64,000 nt of DNA from NCBI GenBank assembly GCA_048885925.1, contig JBHLLG010000002.1:32001-96000 (forward strand), read 5' to 3'. Shown in pieces: positions 51,476-61,202 of the stretch; position 1 is the first letter of the stretch; each line of letters starts with the position of its first letter. The notes below the pieces were generated by a model, which was not told the origin of the DNA, ran no database searches, and saw only the letters and a list, made by a program, of their open reading frames with translations. The translations under genes were made by a program, and so were the position numbers. The stretch comes from Candidatus Hermodarchaeota archaeon (GTDB lineage Archaea; Asgardarchaeota; Lokiarchaeia; Sigyniarchaeales; SOKP01).

Positions 51476-51667
51476 ATGACTAAATACCTTCAAAAATGTA
51501 AAGAATGTAATAGATATAGTTTATATAAACCCGATTTGAAATGTCGCTATTGCGGTGGACAATTAATAAACCCAAAACCTCCTAAATTTTCTTTAACAGA
51601 TAAATACGCGAAATATCGATTACAATATTTTAAAGAAGAATTTGATAAGAAGGTTAAAAAAGACTAG
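51476..51667 (+). CDS. nop10: H/ACA RNP protein Nop10
   Basis: CKECNRYSL...CRYCGG...PPKFSLTDKYAKYR; directly follows eif2a. Confidence 0.92.
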   Translation: MTKYLQKCKECNRYSLYKPDLKCRYCGGQLINPKPPKFSLTDKYAKYRLQYFKEEFDKKVKKD

Positions 51668-52329
51668 GAGATATCAATTTTTTCAGCAAATTTTTCCATA
51701 ATAAGGATATTTGCGTTTTGTTGAGGTAAATTCGCAATATCTTCTTTTTCGAAAGGTCCATAATTTATAAGATCAATACCTACTAAAGGAGGGGTATTTT
51801 TCAAAAATCTAATTGGTATATAACTAATCTTTTCTTTCTTAATTTTAACCTCAGGCTTAGAAATCACAGATAATTGTTCCTTACTTGAACTTGGAATATC
51901 ATCAGCAGAGGATTTTATATCAACTGTACTTTTAATTATTTCTTCAAATAGTTCTTGATCCTCTTCATACAATGAAACAGCCTTTACTTTCTGATATCCT
52001 TTGATAGAACTTACAATATTTTGATATAGCAATTTTTCAGTTTCGAGAAGATTATCTAAATTGATTTCCTCAAGAGCTAATGCGGAATTTATTATTTTAA
52101 TTTCCCGAATCTTCAAAAAATCATTAAATAAAAAATTCAAGTTATCCTTATATACTCGGATTATACTTTCCTTTAATTCATTCTTATCATTTTCCTGATA
52201 ATCATTAATAAAATTACAAGAAGTCTTATATTCCTTAAAGAGTTTTTGAGTTAACTCAGTTAATTCTGGATTTTGGAATTCTTTAAGCCAATGTTCATAA
52301 AGTTTCTCATATTCTTTTGGTAAATCCAT
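51664..52329 (-). CDS. GINS complex subunit (Gins15/Gins51)
   Basis: KIREIKII...LLETEK; C-terminal IRFLKNTPPLVGIDLINYGPFEKEDIANLP..NANILI; follows priS. Confidence 0.85.
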   Translation of the reverse strand: MDLPKEYEKLYEHWLKEFQNPELTELTQKLFKEYKTSCNFINDYQENDKNELKESIIRVYKDNLNFLFNDFLKIREIKIINSALALEEINLDNLLETEKLLYQNIVSSIKGYQKVKAVSLYEEDQELFEEIIKSTVDIKSSADDIPSSSKEQLSVISKPEVKIKKEKISYIPIRFLKNTPPLVGIDLINYGPFEKEDIANLPQQNANILIMEKFAEKIDIS

Positions 52330-52389
52330 AAATATCGAATTTGTAATTTAATATATTAAAAAAGTGTTCTTAAGTTTAAATTTTTTAAC

Positions 52390-53667
52390 TTATATGGTTT
52401 TAGCAACTTCTTTACACAATAAAAACACCGCAAAATGGTGAGGGACTTCTATTTTTTGTCCCTTTTTGTAAGGTCCATAAGTTTCACCCTTAATTTTTGT
52501 TATAGGAACTAAATTTTCAATGATTTCTAACTTTTGAGAGACTTCTTTTTCACTTTGAAATACAATGGGATCTAAAAGTGCATTCCCCTCATCTAAGGGA
52601 TGAAAATTATCAAGATCATCGGGAAAAAGTTCTTGAACTTTAAAACCCGTTTTCCCATGTAACGAACCTGGATATCTAATAAGTCTGTGAATATCAATTG
52701 TAACTGGCTCATCAATTTTGGCACCAATTTCACTAATAATTCCATTTAAGAATAAAGACCAGTTTTTAATTCCAAAACCTTCTACGTTCCATACATTATA
52801 GTTATTTTGTGAGATAGATTGTAAAAAGTCATCCTTAGAATTTAAAAAACTCTTAATTGTATCTGTTTTCAATCCAAACTTAGTTAATATTGATCGGATT
52901 TTATCATCTGGATATTTTTGTAAAAGTTCAATAATTTGATTCATAATTTTTTGAGACCATCCAATATTGTTTTCCAATAAACCGTAAATCACATTATTGA
53001 ATTGTCTTAATCCTAAAATTTCAAGAGAAATATTACTTCCCGATACATAGCTAGCAATTTCTCTCCTTTCTTCACCCGTTAGAGTTCTCACGTCTTCATT
53101 TTCTATTTTTAAATGGTACCCACGATGTCCTGAAAATGCAATTTTCATCTGTTCTAAAGAAATTCCAAAATCCGGAATTAAAAACTTGTAAATTAATTTC
53201 ATTAATTGATTTTTTGCAATTCCTAAACAATCCTCGCAAATCCAAGTTAATGATTTAAGTTTTAAACTTTTGCAACTTGGACACTTTTTTACCATTCCTG
53301 TACCTGATTCACCACAGTCTACACAATTCCAAAGATCATGTTCATTTTTACAAGGAGTATAAAAGTGGTCTACATCAATATCAAATATGAGATCACAACC
53401 TTGATATTCTTTATTGCTCATATCTGGATTATCTGGTTGTAGATAAATAGATCCACTTGAATAAATATGCTTAGGTCCTTCATTAATCAAATATTTTTTC
53501 AGATTATCAGGATCTTTAAAACTGATATGTCTTTTCATAATTGTTTGCTTATCCCAAGGAATAAAACCGAATTCTCGTTTATTGAATAAATTTACTGAAG
53601 TAATTTCTGTTCTTTTTTCTTTATAATATGCTTGAAATAACTTTTTTAAATAAGATATATTACTCAT
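52390..53667 (-). CDS. priS: DNA primase small (catalytic) subunit
   Basis: REFGF, DLIFDIDVD, FSGHRGYH, IDEPVTIDIHRLIRYPGSLHGKTG; Cys-rich zinc insert. Confidence 0.95.
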   Translation of the reverse strand: MSNISYLKKLFQAYYKEKRTEITSVNLFNKREFGFIPWDKQTIMKRHISFKDPDNLKKYLINEGPKHIYSSGSIYLQPDNPDMSNKEYQGCDLIFDIDVDHFYTPCKNEHDLWNCVDCGESGTGMVKKCPSCKSLKLKSLTWICEDCLGIAKNQLMKLIYKFLIPDFGISLEQMKIAFSGHRGYHLKIENEDVRTLTGEERREIASYVSGSNISLEILGLRQFNNVIYGLLENNIGWSQKIMNQIIELLQKYPDDKIRSILTKFGLKTDTIKSFLNSKDDFLQSISQNNYNVWNVEGFGIKNWSLFLNGIISEIGAKIDEPVTIDIHRLIRYPGSLHGKTGFKVQELFPDDLDNFHPLDEGNALLDPIVFQSEKEVSQKLEIIENLVPITKIKGETYGPYKKGQKIEVPHHFAVFLLCKEVAKTI

Positions 53668-54853
53668 TTTCATTTTCTGATTTTTCATTTGTGTAATTCT
53701 TCCATTTTGAAGCTCTATATTGTTTTATTCTAGTATACGCTAAAGGATGAGCTAATTTTTTTCTTTCACTAGGTTCCTTTGCACCATAGCCTATTAAGCA
53801 CAATTCATCTTTATAATTCCCTGCCAGACATAAATTTAATGTTTTTAGCGATAAACATTTGTAGGGAGTGTACTTTTTCTTTTTAGCGAAATTGACTTGG
53901 TAGGAAGTTTTTTCTCTATCAAAATCTGGGAGTGTTGAAAACACATTTACAACCTTTTCTTCAGGATAATCAAGAGCAAGTAAAAACCAGACTATAAAGA
54001 GTCTTTCATTATGAATTAAATTCTGACCTTCTTGCGCTTTTCTTAGAATTCCTTTAACACACGGTGGAAAAAGTGCAAAAAGATCATCCTCCTTCTCAAA
54101 ATCAAGATTAAATACATATTCAAATTCTTCTTTACGTTCAGCCCATGCATTTGAAATTATATCAAATACTTCTTTAAAATCTTTTATTTTTAAGATATTT
54201 TGTAAAAGTGCATTTAATGAAGCCTTATCATCTACTTCTTTGAGAAGGAATCTATTTCTTACATATTCTTGGATAAGTCTAATTAGTCTTTTATTTTGAA
54301 TGAATACATATCCCTCTGAAAGAGAATTATGAACTAACTTCCTATAATCATCTCTTAAGTTTGCCGCAAGTTTCAAATAATCAACAAAATGAATTGTAAA
54401 ATTTGTTTTAAGATTTTGATGCTGATCCTTTAAGATTATTTTACCATAATTAATAGGTATATTATAATATCTTATTTTTAATCCTAAATCTTGACATATA
54501 TTATAAAGGGTTGAATCGTTTTTCTCATCAATCAATTCATCATAAGTTATTTTTGAATAAAGATTTGCTATTCTATTAGTAATCATTTGATTATCTAAAA
54601 CATAAAGAAAGATATTTAAAAGTAAATAAACGTAAATATTTAGATTATCAGTTTTGTAATCAGTTATTCCCTCTAAATTATCAAATGCAGCTTTAAATAG
54701 ATTTAAAATTCGTTCTTTGAGTTCACTACCAAAATCTTCAGAAAACGTTTCAAATGCAAACTCAACTGGGTCCTTTAAAGCAATTTCAGAATAATAGTCT
54801 TTTAAAGATGGGAGCCATGGATATTTTTTTAATAAATCAAAAGTACTACTCAT
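53660..54853 (-). CDS. priL: DNA primase large subunit
   Basis: KYPWLP, GYVFI, FPPCV, HNERL, LPDFDREKTSYQV, YTPYKC...LC...C...HPL (Fe-S domain). Confidence 0.92.
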   Translation of the reverse strand: MSSTFDLLKKYPWLPSLKDYYSEIALKDPVEFAFETFSEDFGSELKERILNLFKAAFDNLEGITDYKTDNLNIYVYLLLNIFLYVLDNQMITNRIANLYSKITYDELIDEKNDSTLYNICQDLGLKIRYYNIPINYGKIILKDQHQNLKTNFTIHFVDYLKLAANLRDDYRKLVHNSLSEGYVFIQNKRLIRLIQEYVRNRFLLKEVDDKASLNALLQNILKIKDFKEVFDIISNAWAERKEEFEYVFNLDFEKEDDLFALFPPCVKGILRKAQEGQNLIHNERLFIVWFLLALDYPEEKVVNVFSTLPDFDREKTSYQVNFAKKKKYTPYKCLSLKTLNLCLAGNYKDELCLIGYGAKEPSERKKLAHPLAYTRIKQYRASKWKNYTNEKSENENE

Positions 54854-55008
54854 TACCTGTAAACTTTCTCTTTTTAAAGCTATTTTAACTAATTTGAATA
54901 TAATGATGGAACAATTCATTAATAAATTAAGAGTAAATCAATTTACTAATAATTTTAATAAATCTATTAACAAACTAATAAATAATAAATAGTTAGAGAA
55001 GGATAGAA

Positions 55009-55812
55009 CTAAAATTCATCCATATCATCTTCATCTTCAAATTCGGCTTCTTCTACTCTTGGAGCTAAGAAGTAGCTTAATTCTCCACCCTCAAGAAGAT
55101 TAAAAATCATCTTTAAAGGATGATCTGTTTTTAATGATATTTCTAATTTTTCAGTAATAGATGCTATCTTCAAAATCGCCTTTAAAAAAGTTAATGAATA
55201 TGCTCCACTACTAGATTCACTAATATCATGCTCAATTAAATCATCATCACTCAAGCTATATTCCATTTCACCTATTTGACCTGTGGAATTAAATAAAAGA
55301 CCTTGTCCTGCTGTTGCATTTATATTAAGGATTTCAGAATATATTTCAGCGTCTTTTATTGCTTCAACTAAAAATTCTGGTTCAAGTACCCATTTCGCTG
55401 GATATTCAATTCTTAATAAATTGTCCATCGGGATTTCTTCAATATCAATATCTAATAATGCTAAGCTAAATGTGCGCGAACGCGACATACCTTCTCGTTG
55501 CATCTTAATTTTTATTTTTTGATCAGATTCATTGAAATCGATTTCAACTGAATCATTGGCAGCACTTCTTTTTAAAATTTTATCTAGATCATCTAAATTT
55601 AATCCAACTTTGGATTCTTTATCGCATTGGTAATCGTCAAAATTTTCCTTCTTAATTGATAGTTTAAGTAAACAAATTCTTGAGGGATCCATAGCACTTA
55701 TAGTAAATTCTTTAGGAGTAACTCGGAATTCTGTTTCATCAATGATACTCGCAAGGGTTTCGACAATTCCTTTTAAAATCCGACTATTTTCTAATTTTAA
55801 TGTAAAACTCAT
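55009..55812 (-). CDS. pcn: Sliding clamp PCNA
   Basis: AMDPSRICL, YSLTFL, HPLKM, YFLAPRVE. Confidence 0.95.
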   Translation of the reverse strand: MSFTLKLENSRILKGIVETLASIIDETEFRVTPKEFTISAMDPSRICLLKLSIKKENFDDYQCDKESKVGLNLDDLDKILKRSAANDSVEIDFNESDQKIKIKMQREGMSRSRTFSLALLDIDIEEIPMDNLLRIEYPAKWVLEPEFLVEAIKDAEIYSEILNINATAGQGLLFNSTGQIGEMEYSLSDDDLIEHDISESSSGAYSLTFLKAILKIASITEKLEISLKTDHPLKMIFNLLEGGELSYFLAPRVEEAEFEDEDDMDEF

Positions 55813-55995
55813 AATCTTTCAGTATATTTATTCCATTATAATTAAGATAATATAGTTTGATTCGCATTATTAATAATGTTTGATATTAGTATTTTAATAA
55901 TGCCAATTTTAGATATTAAATTAATTATTTATACTTATCTTAAATTTTCAAACTTGTATTTATTAAGTAATTATATGATTTTTATTTAAAAAAAA

Positions 55996-56316
55996 ATGTC
56001 TCTTCAGTATGCCAAAAAAAGAATAATTAAGGATATTGCTCTTGACGATGAGCGAATTCAAGTTACTGGATATATAAAAAATAAAATTGATGATAATCAT
56101 ATTATTTTAAATGATAAAACTGGAGAAATAAACGTGAATATTAAGAGTGTAGAGAATTTTAACTTTAAAGTAAATGATCTGATTAATGTAATAGGAGATC
56201 TTGAATTCCAATCTTCCGGAGAAAAATTAATTAATGCTGATATTGTTCAAGATATGAATAAATTGAATTTCGAATATTATCAAAAAATATATCAGCTTAA
56301 AAAAGAATTAGAGTGA
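55996..56316 (+). CDS. Single OB-fold protein (RPA small-subunit-like)
   Basis: IQVTGYI...ILNDKTGEINV...LINVIG...INADIVQDM OB pattern; divergent from PCNA. Confidence 0.65.
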   Translation: MSLQYAKKRIIKDIALDDERIQVTGYIKNKIDDNHIILNDKTGEINVNIKSVENFNFKVNDLINVIGDLEFQSSGEKLINADIVQDMNKLNFEYYQKIYQLKKELE

Positions 56317-56346
56317 ATTTAATAACTTATATTCCTTCAGAGGATT

Positions 56347-56715
56347 TTACTCATCTAAAAATCTTTGTATTTCAATTGTATATCCATTAGGATCTTTACA
56401 GAAGAAGTGATAAATATTAAATTTTTGATTGATTTTTGGCTTTTCTGGAATATCTAACCCCAAATTAATCAATTTGCCATAAACCTTGTCAACATCTTCC
56501 GTAACGAAGGTAATAATTGGACTTTTATCATTATGAATAACTGATATATGTTTGCAGAATCCTATTTTACTTTGTTCATTAATGTTAAAAATTAAACAGA
56601 CTCCTTGATCTTTATATACTGTTAAACCTAAATAATTTTGATAAAAATTTGATGTCATATTTAGATCTTTCGTCCCTAAAAAAGTAATAAATTCCTTATA
56701 TCGCATAAAACTCAT
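56347..56715 (-). CDS. VOC/glyoxalase family protein
   Basis: FYQNYLGL, FVTEDVD, FFCKDPNGYTIEIQ. Confidence 0.88.
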   Translation of the reverse strand: MSFMRYKEFITFLGTKDLNMTSNFYQNYLGLTVYKDQGVCLIFNINEQSKIGFCKHISVIHNDKSPIITFVTEDVDKVYGKLINLGLDIPEKPKINQKFNIYHFFCKDPNGYTIEIQRFLDE

Positions 56716-56837
56716 TCTTAGTAATTATTTATATTCATTAAATCATAATTTTATTTTCATTTATAGATAAGATAAAACTTATTAAATATTAATATTTTTT
56801 AAGATTATCTTTACTGATGTAGAACAATGCAATCAAT

Positions 56838-57173
56838 ATGGTCGAATTTTGCCCCGAATGTTCTAACCTTTTACGCAAGAGAATCGAAAACAATCATTCA
56901 TTTTTAGTATGTAAGTGTGGTTATCAAAAAGAACTCAATCCTAATAATAATGAGATTGAAATTAATATTAAAAAGAAAAAAAAGGCTTTAGAAAAGAATT
57001 TATTAGTTATTTCTGAAGATGACAAAATTCTAGTACATCCAATAACTAAGAAAGATTGTCCTAAATGTGGCAATCTTGAAGCAGAAACCTGGCAAGTTCA
57101 AATAAGGAGTTCTGATGAACCAGCTACTCATTTTTTTAGATGTACTGAGTGTAAAAACACTTGGCGCGAGTAA
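56838..57173 (+). CDS. tfs: Transcription factor S (TFS/RpoM)
   Basis: MVEFCPECSNLL...CKCGY; CPKCGN...QIRSSDEPATHFFRCTECKNTWRE retains the acidic DE pair. Confidence 0.93.
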   Translation: MVEFCPECSNLLRKRIENNHSFLVCKCGYQKELNPNNNEIEINIKKKKKALEKNLLVISEDDKILVHPITKKDCPKCGNLEAETWQVQIRSSDEPATHFFRCTECKNTWRE

Positions 57174-57223
57174 TTAAGTAATTTAGAAAGTAAGATCATA
57201 TTACTCAGGTATAATTGAATTAG

Positions 57224-57243
57224 CGTGAAAGAACAGTTTCACG
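57224..57243. terminator. Hairpin between convergent tfs and rps27e
   Basis: CGTGAAA-GAACAG-TTTCACG, with outer ATTGAAT/ATTCAAT arms; terminator role inferred from position. Confidence 0.4.
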
Positions 57244-57285
57244 AAGAATTTTATTCAATATTTTTTGATTTCAGAAAGAATATCC

Positions 57286-57492
57286 TTAAGAAAGAACTTC
57301 TAAAATTTTAGTAAGAATTCTAGCTTTACCCCCTGTGGATTGAAGCAATAATTTTCCACAAACTAAACATTCTACATCAGTGGCGGAACAACCAAAAATA
57401 ATCTGTTGATTACCACAATTTAAACACTTTACACGCAAAAATCTACTTTTTGGCTGTGGAATAAGTTCTTTTTCTTTTCGCTTATGTACCAT
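57286..57492 (-). CDS. rps27e: 30S ribosomal protein S27e
   Basis: [22 protein letters not shown]...CLVCG..L...TGGKA. Confidence 0.96.
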   Translation of the reverse strand: MVHKRKEKELIPQPKSRFLRVKCLNCGNQQIIFGCSATDVECLVCGKLLLQSTGGKARILTKILEVLS

Positions 57493-57507
57493 AGATACTC
57501 ACTTTTT

Positions 57508-57789
57508 TTATACTTCAGTAATTTCAAGTCTTTTTACACGATAGGATTTTGCATACTGTTTTTTATTGCATTCAGAACATTCTAACACTGGGGTTGATTT
57601 CTTATTAATCTTGGCATTAGCATGAAAAATTTCTTTCGGAAAAGAGCCGTAACCCCTTTTATGTCTCTCTAACCGACGTCTTCCATGGTTTAGAGCTCTT
57701 TCTTTCCCTTTTTTATATAAAGAGACATTATGAATTGTATGAGCGCGGCAATAAGGGCAGTATCTTCGTATTGTGCGGGGATATTTCAT
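57508..57789 (-). CDS. rpl44e: 50S ribosomal protein L44e
   Basis: MKYPRTIRRYCPYCRAHT.H.V, GYG, K..KK...LECSEC; upstream of rps27e. Confidence 0.95.
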   Translation of the reverse strand: MKYPRTIRRYCPYCRAHTIHNVSLYKKGKERALNHGRRRLERHKRGYGSFPKEIFHANAKINKKSTPVLECSECNKKQYAKSYRVKRLEITEV

Positions 57790-57948
57790 TTTAATTTACC
57801 AATCTTATCTAATTACTAAAGGTAATTATTTATAAATTTTAAATTTTATTAGTTCTGTTATTTCTTTTTGAATAGGGATTATTTAATAAAAAATAATTTA
57901 AATCTTATTTGCATAATGTTAATAACAACAAATTGATTGAGAATTGAA

Positions 57949-58866
57949 ATGTTCAAAGAGAAAATTAGGGAAGGTATAATAAGTGCAAAGCAATTTGATA
58001 GAGAAGATATTGAATATATTTTGAAGAAGGGTAAAGAAATGATAGAAATAAAGAATTCAAATCTTCTTCAAGGAAAAATCTTAGCTACATTATTTTTTGA
58101 ACCATCTACTCGAACCCGTCTTAGCTTTGAATCTGCTATGTATAGATTAGGAGGAAACGTGATTGGATTTCACTCTGGAGATGTATCTTCCATAAAAAAA
58201 GGTGAAAGTATTGCAGATACGATAAGAACTGTAGAAAATTATAGCGATTGTATCGTCATGAGACATTCACTTGAAGGAGCGGCAAAAATGGCATCAAAAT
58301 TTGCTAAAATTCCTATTATTAATGCTGGGTCTGGAAGTGGAGAGCATCCAACTCAGGGATTATTGGATTTATTAACCATTACAGAAGAAATTGGATCTTT
58401 AGACGGTTTGAATATAGGAATAATGGGTGATCTAAAATATGGCAGAACTGTCCATTCACTTTCAATTTTATTGTCTCTATTTGATGTAAATCTATATTTT
58501 ATAAGTCCCGAAAGTCTAAAAATGAGAAACCGAGATATGGATTTTTTACAACAACGGCAAGTTAAATATAAAGAGATTAAAAGTTATAGAAAAATATTGG
58601 ACATTTTAGATGTTCTTTATATGACACGAATCCAAAAAGAAAGATTTGTTGATCTTGAAGAATATGAGAAGGTAAAAGATTTTTATGTGTTTCGAGAAGA
58701 TGATCTCGAAAATACAAAAGATAATTTCAGATTATTGCATCCTCTTCCTCGAGTTACAGAAATTTCTCCAAATGTTGATGGTTCAGAAAAAGCAATTTAC
58801 TTTAAACAGACACATTATGGTATTCCTATGAGGAAAGCACTCTTAGCAGAATTAATGTTAGACTAA
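57949..58866 (+). CDS. pyrB: Aspartate carbamoyltransferase catalytic subunit
   Basis: FFEPSTRTRLSFE, KGESIADT, HPTQ, GDLKYGRTVHSL, RIQKER, HPLPR. Confidence 0.96.
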   Translation: MFKEKIREGIISAKQFDREDIEYILKKGKEMIEIKNSNLLQGKILATLFFEPSTRTRLSFESAMYRLGGNVIGFHSGDVSSIKKGESIADTIRTVENYSDCIVMRHSLEGAAKMASKFAKIPIINAGSGSGEHPTQGLLDLLTITEEIGSLDGLNIGIMGDLKYGRTVHSLSILLSLFDVNLYFISPESLKMRNRDMDFLQQRQVKYKEIKSYRKILDILDVLYMTRIQKERFVDLEEYEKVKDFYVFREDDLENTKDNFRLLHPLPRVTEISPNVDGSEKAIYFKQTHYGIPMRKALLAELMLD

Positions 58867-58900
58867 TTTGTTATATGTTTATTTTATTTTTGTTTTATTA

Positions 58901-60886
58901 TTAAAACAAACAATCTTTTAGAGAAATCGCACTGATTTTAGAATCAAATAAGTTATTCAATAATTCCGGTAATGAATTTTCATTAGTATTCATTTTTCCA
59001 GTGAAAATAACTCCTTTATTAATGACTTCTTGAAATTTTTTAAATAACAAGATCCTTTTATCAAGAGAAAGACTTGATTCATTTCTTATTAGTTCAGAGG
59101 AAAATCCATTTAATTTTTGGTTGTAGGGTATAGTTTCATTATAACATGTATCATTTAAATAAGAGTCGTTATGGGGTTGGTTCAGAATAAAATAGTTATT
59201 ATCAACTTCATTTCGCTCTTCAATAAGGTCTCTCATTAATGACAGGATTCTTAGAGCAAAAGTTTCGCTGGATTTTGTTCTATCAAGTTCAATTCCGCAA
59301 TGGTTTAATATTGCTTCATTTAAGCCAAAAAAGCTAATAGATTTTAAGGCATTTTTAAATAAATTTTTTTGAGGTATATTGAAAATTCGTGTGGTTATAG
59401 TGTTCCATGAATCAAGAGCTTTTAATTTCTTCTGTACTAATCTTTCTTTATGTTTAAACAAATCGAATACAGAATTTATTTTATCTTGAATTAGTTCCAA
59501 AAATAACCCGTCATTTTGTTTTGCGTTTACAGAAATCGTATATAAATTTATCAAGATCTTATCTAGAACAATTGTATCTTCGTTGCGATTATCTATTTGA
59601 GTAATAATGGAATTGAATAGATTCGAATAGTCTTTTTCATATATAATTAAATTATTACCCTTTAACCCCGAGATAAATTTACTGATAGATTCACTACTTA
59701 ATTCTGAAGAAAAATATTTAGAATATTCAAAAAGAAGTAGCGGTCTTATAAGATCTGGGTTGAAATTATTCATTGAATTAAGAAATTGTTTATCAATTTC
59801 ATTTTGAATTGATAAATTTTCAATTAATTTTCCATTATAAGTAAAATCTAATGATAAATGAGTTTTACCATCGTTAATTCGATTATTAAACCGGAGAATT
59901 TGAGTAGTTAATAAATCCAAACTAAATGAACTAATTTTAGGTAATTGTAAATAGAAGAGAAATTGACAATTAAAATCACCTAAAAGTAAATCTTCAGTAT
60001 AAAATTGCTTTAATTGATATAAAATATTACTAAAATTAGTAATTAAATTGATTCCATCTTTACGTCTTTCTATTATTTTAGGTTTCATTGACATCTTTTT
60101 AAAGAAATAATCAATTAGTGTTTTAGCATTTACATATAAACCAGTTGGTCTTAAGCTCCAATAATTAAGATTAAGTAAAGCAATTTCACCCGATAGATAT
60201 AAGTCAGCAAGATTTTTTGGTAGAAGATTTAAAAGTAAAAATTGTTCAGAAACATCCGAACCTAATTTTTTAATAAAATCTTCAGGAGCCAGTTCATTAT
60301 TCTTAGAATTAAAAAGTTGAAATGCCTCGAATGGAGGTGTTCCTAAACGGGTTAATTTATGTCTAACTTCCTCTAGACCATTTTCTAACAAAATTGCGTT
60401 TATGTATTCGCGCATTAATGGTGCTGTCATGTAATCTATATTTGTCTTAGAAAGACGTTCTTCTACTTCATGTGCGATTTGTTTAGCTAAATAACGCTCT
60501 AATTCACCCTCTCTTATTAAATATTCTTCAATTTTGCTTGAATCAAATACTTCTTTTGAATATTTTGATGTTCGGATTATTTTAATTTTATTTTGCTTAT
60601 TTAAAATCTGCTCAATTGATAAAATTTTATCAATAATTTGCTCTCCTAATAAAGATATTGAATATCCTTCTTCAGAGGATTGAATTAATTTACTTCTTTT
60701 TAAGATTTTTAAATGGAATGATAAATTAACAGAAGTTAGGTTATTATCTAATATATCTTTCTGAAGTTTTGAAAAAGGTATTGGTACTTGAGCGTTTTTT
60801 AATTTTCTTAAAATCTCAATCCTAACCTTTTGACCTATTGTTTTTAATTGTTTTTCTAGAATTGTTTGTTTTTTGTCGGTATCCAA
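58901..60886 (-). CDS. ArsR-type HTH + ATP-cone + degenerate class III ribonucleotide reductase (NrdD)-like protein
   Basis: RIEILRKL...LSFHLKILKRSKLI (HTH); IRTSKYSKEVFDSSKI...TAPLMREYINAILLENG (ATP cone); HKLTRLG.P, LYLSGEIAL, SISFFGLNEAI (NrdD-like). Confidence 0.75.
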   Translation of the reverse strand: MDTDKKQTILEKQLKTIGQKVRIEILRKLKNAQVPIPFSKLQKDILDNNLTSVNLSFHLKILKRSKLIQSSEEGYSISLLGEQIIDKILSIEQILNKQNKIKIIRTSKYSKEVFDSSKIEEYLIREGELERYLAKQIAHEVEERLSKTNIDYMTAPLMREYINAILLENGLEEVRHKLTRLGTPPFEAFQLFNSKNNELAPEDFIKKLGSDVSEQFLLLNLLPKNLADLYLSGEIALLNLNYWSLRPTGLYVNAKTLIDYFFKKMSMKPKIIERRKDGINLITNFSNILYQLKQFYTEDLLLGDFNCQFLFYLQLPKISSFSLDLLTTQILRFNNRINDGKTHLSLDFTYNGKLIENLSIQNEIDKQFLNSMNNFNPDLIRPLLLFEYSKYFSSELSSESISKFISGLKGNNLIIYEKDYSNLFNSIITQIDNRNEDTIVLDKILINLYTISVNAKQNDGLFLELIQDKINSVFDLFKHKERLVQKKLKALDSWNTITTRIFNIPQKNLFKNALKSISFFGLNEAILNHCGIELDRTKSSETFALRILSLMRDLIEERNEVDNNYFILNQPHNDSYLNDTCYNETIPYNQKLNGFSSELIRNESSLSLDKRILLFKKFQEVINKGVIFTGKMNTNENSLPELLNNLFDSKISAISLKDCLF

Positions 60887-60913
60887 TTTTCTTATTGCCT
60901 TAATAATCTTTCA

Positions 60914-61121
60914 TTAAATCTGCTTAACTAAATAATAAGTTTAACAGTTATATAAAAATTTAGCAATTTTCTAAATTTTAAATGGATTTAGATAATATGT
61001 AGGTGATATGAAACTTTTCTTTAAGAAAGATAATCTTGTAAGTAAATCAATTTTATTCATAAAAAACTTAACTTCTTCAGTTAATAATGTCGCATTATTT
61101 AAAATATAAAGATTGGACTCC
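60914..61121. repeat. 208-bp direct repeat, copy 1 (upstream of acyltransferase 1)
   Basis: Aligns without gaps to 63596..63803 at a constant offset of 2682. Confidence 0.92.
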
Positions 61122-61202
61122 AATTTTGTTATATTTCATTTAAATGGGTTAAAAGTTGTAATTAAAAATTCGAAAAATCTAACAAAAAAGGTGAAAACTA
61201 TT

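Noticed and set aside
57213-57260. Hairpin as a SECIS element
   Set aside because: No AUGA/GA core is evident and no neighbouring gene has an in-frame TGA.
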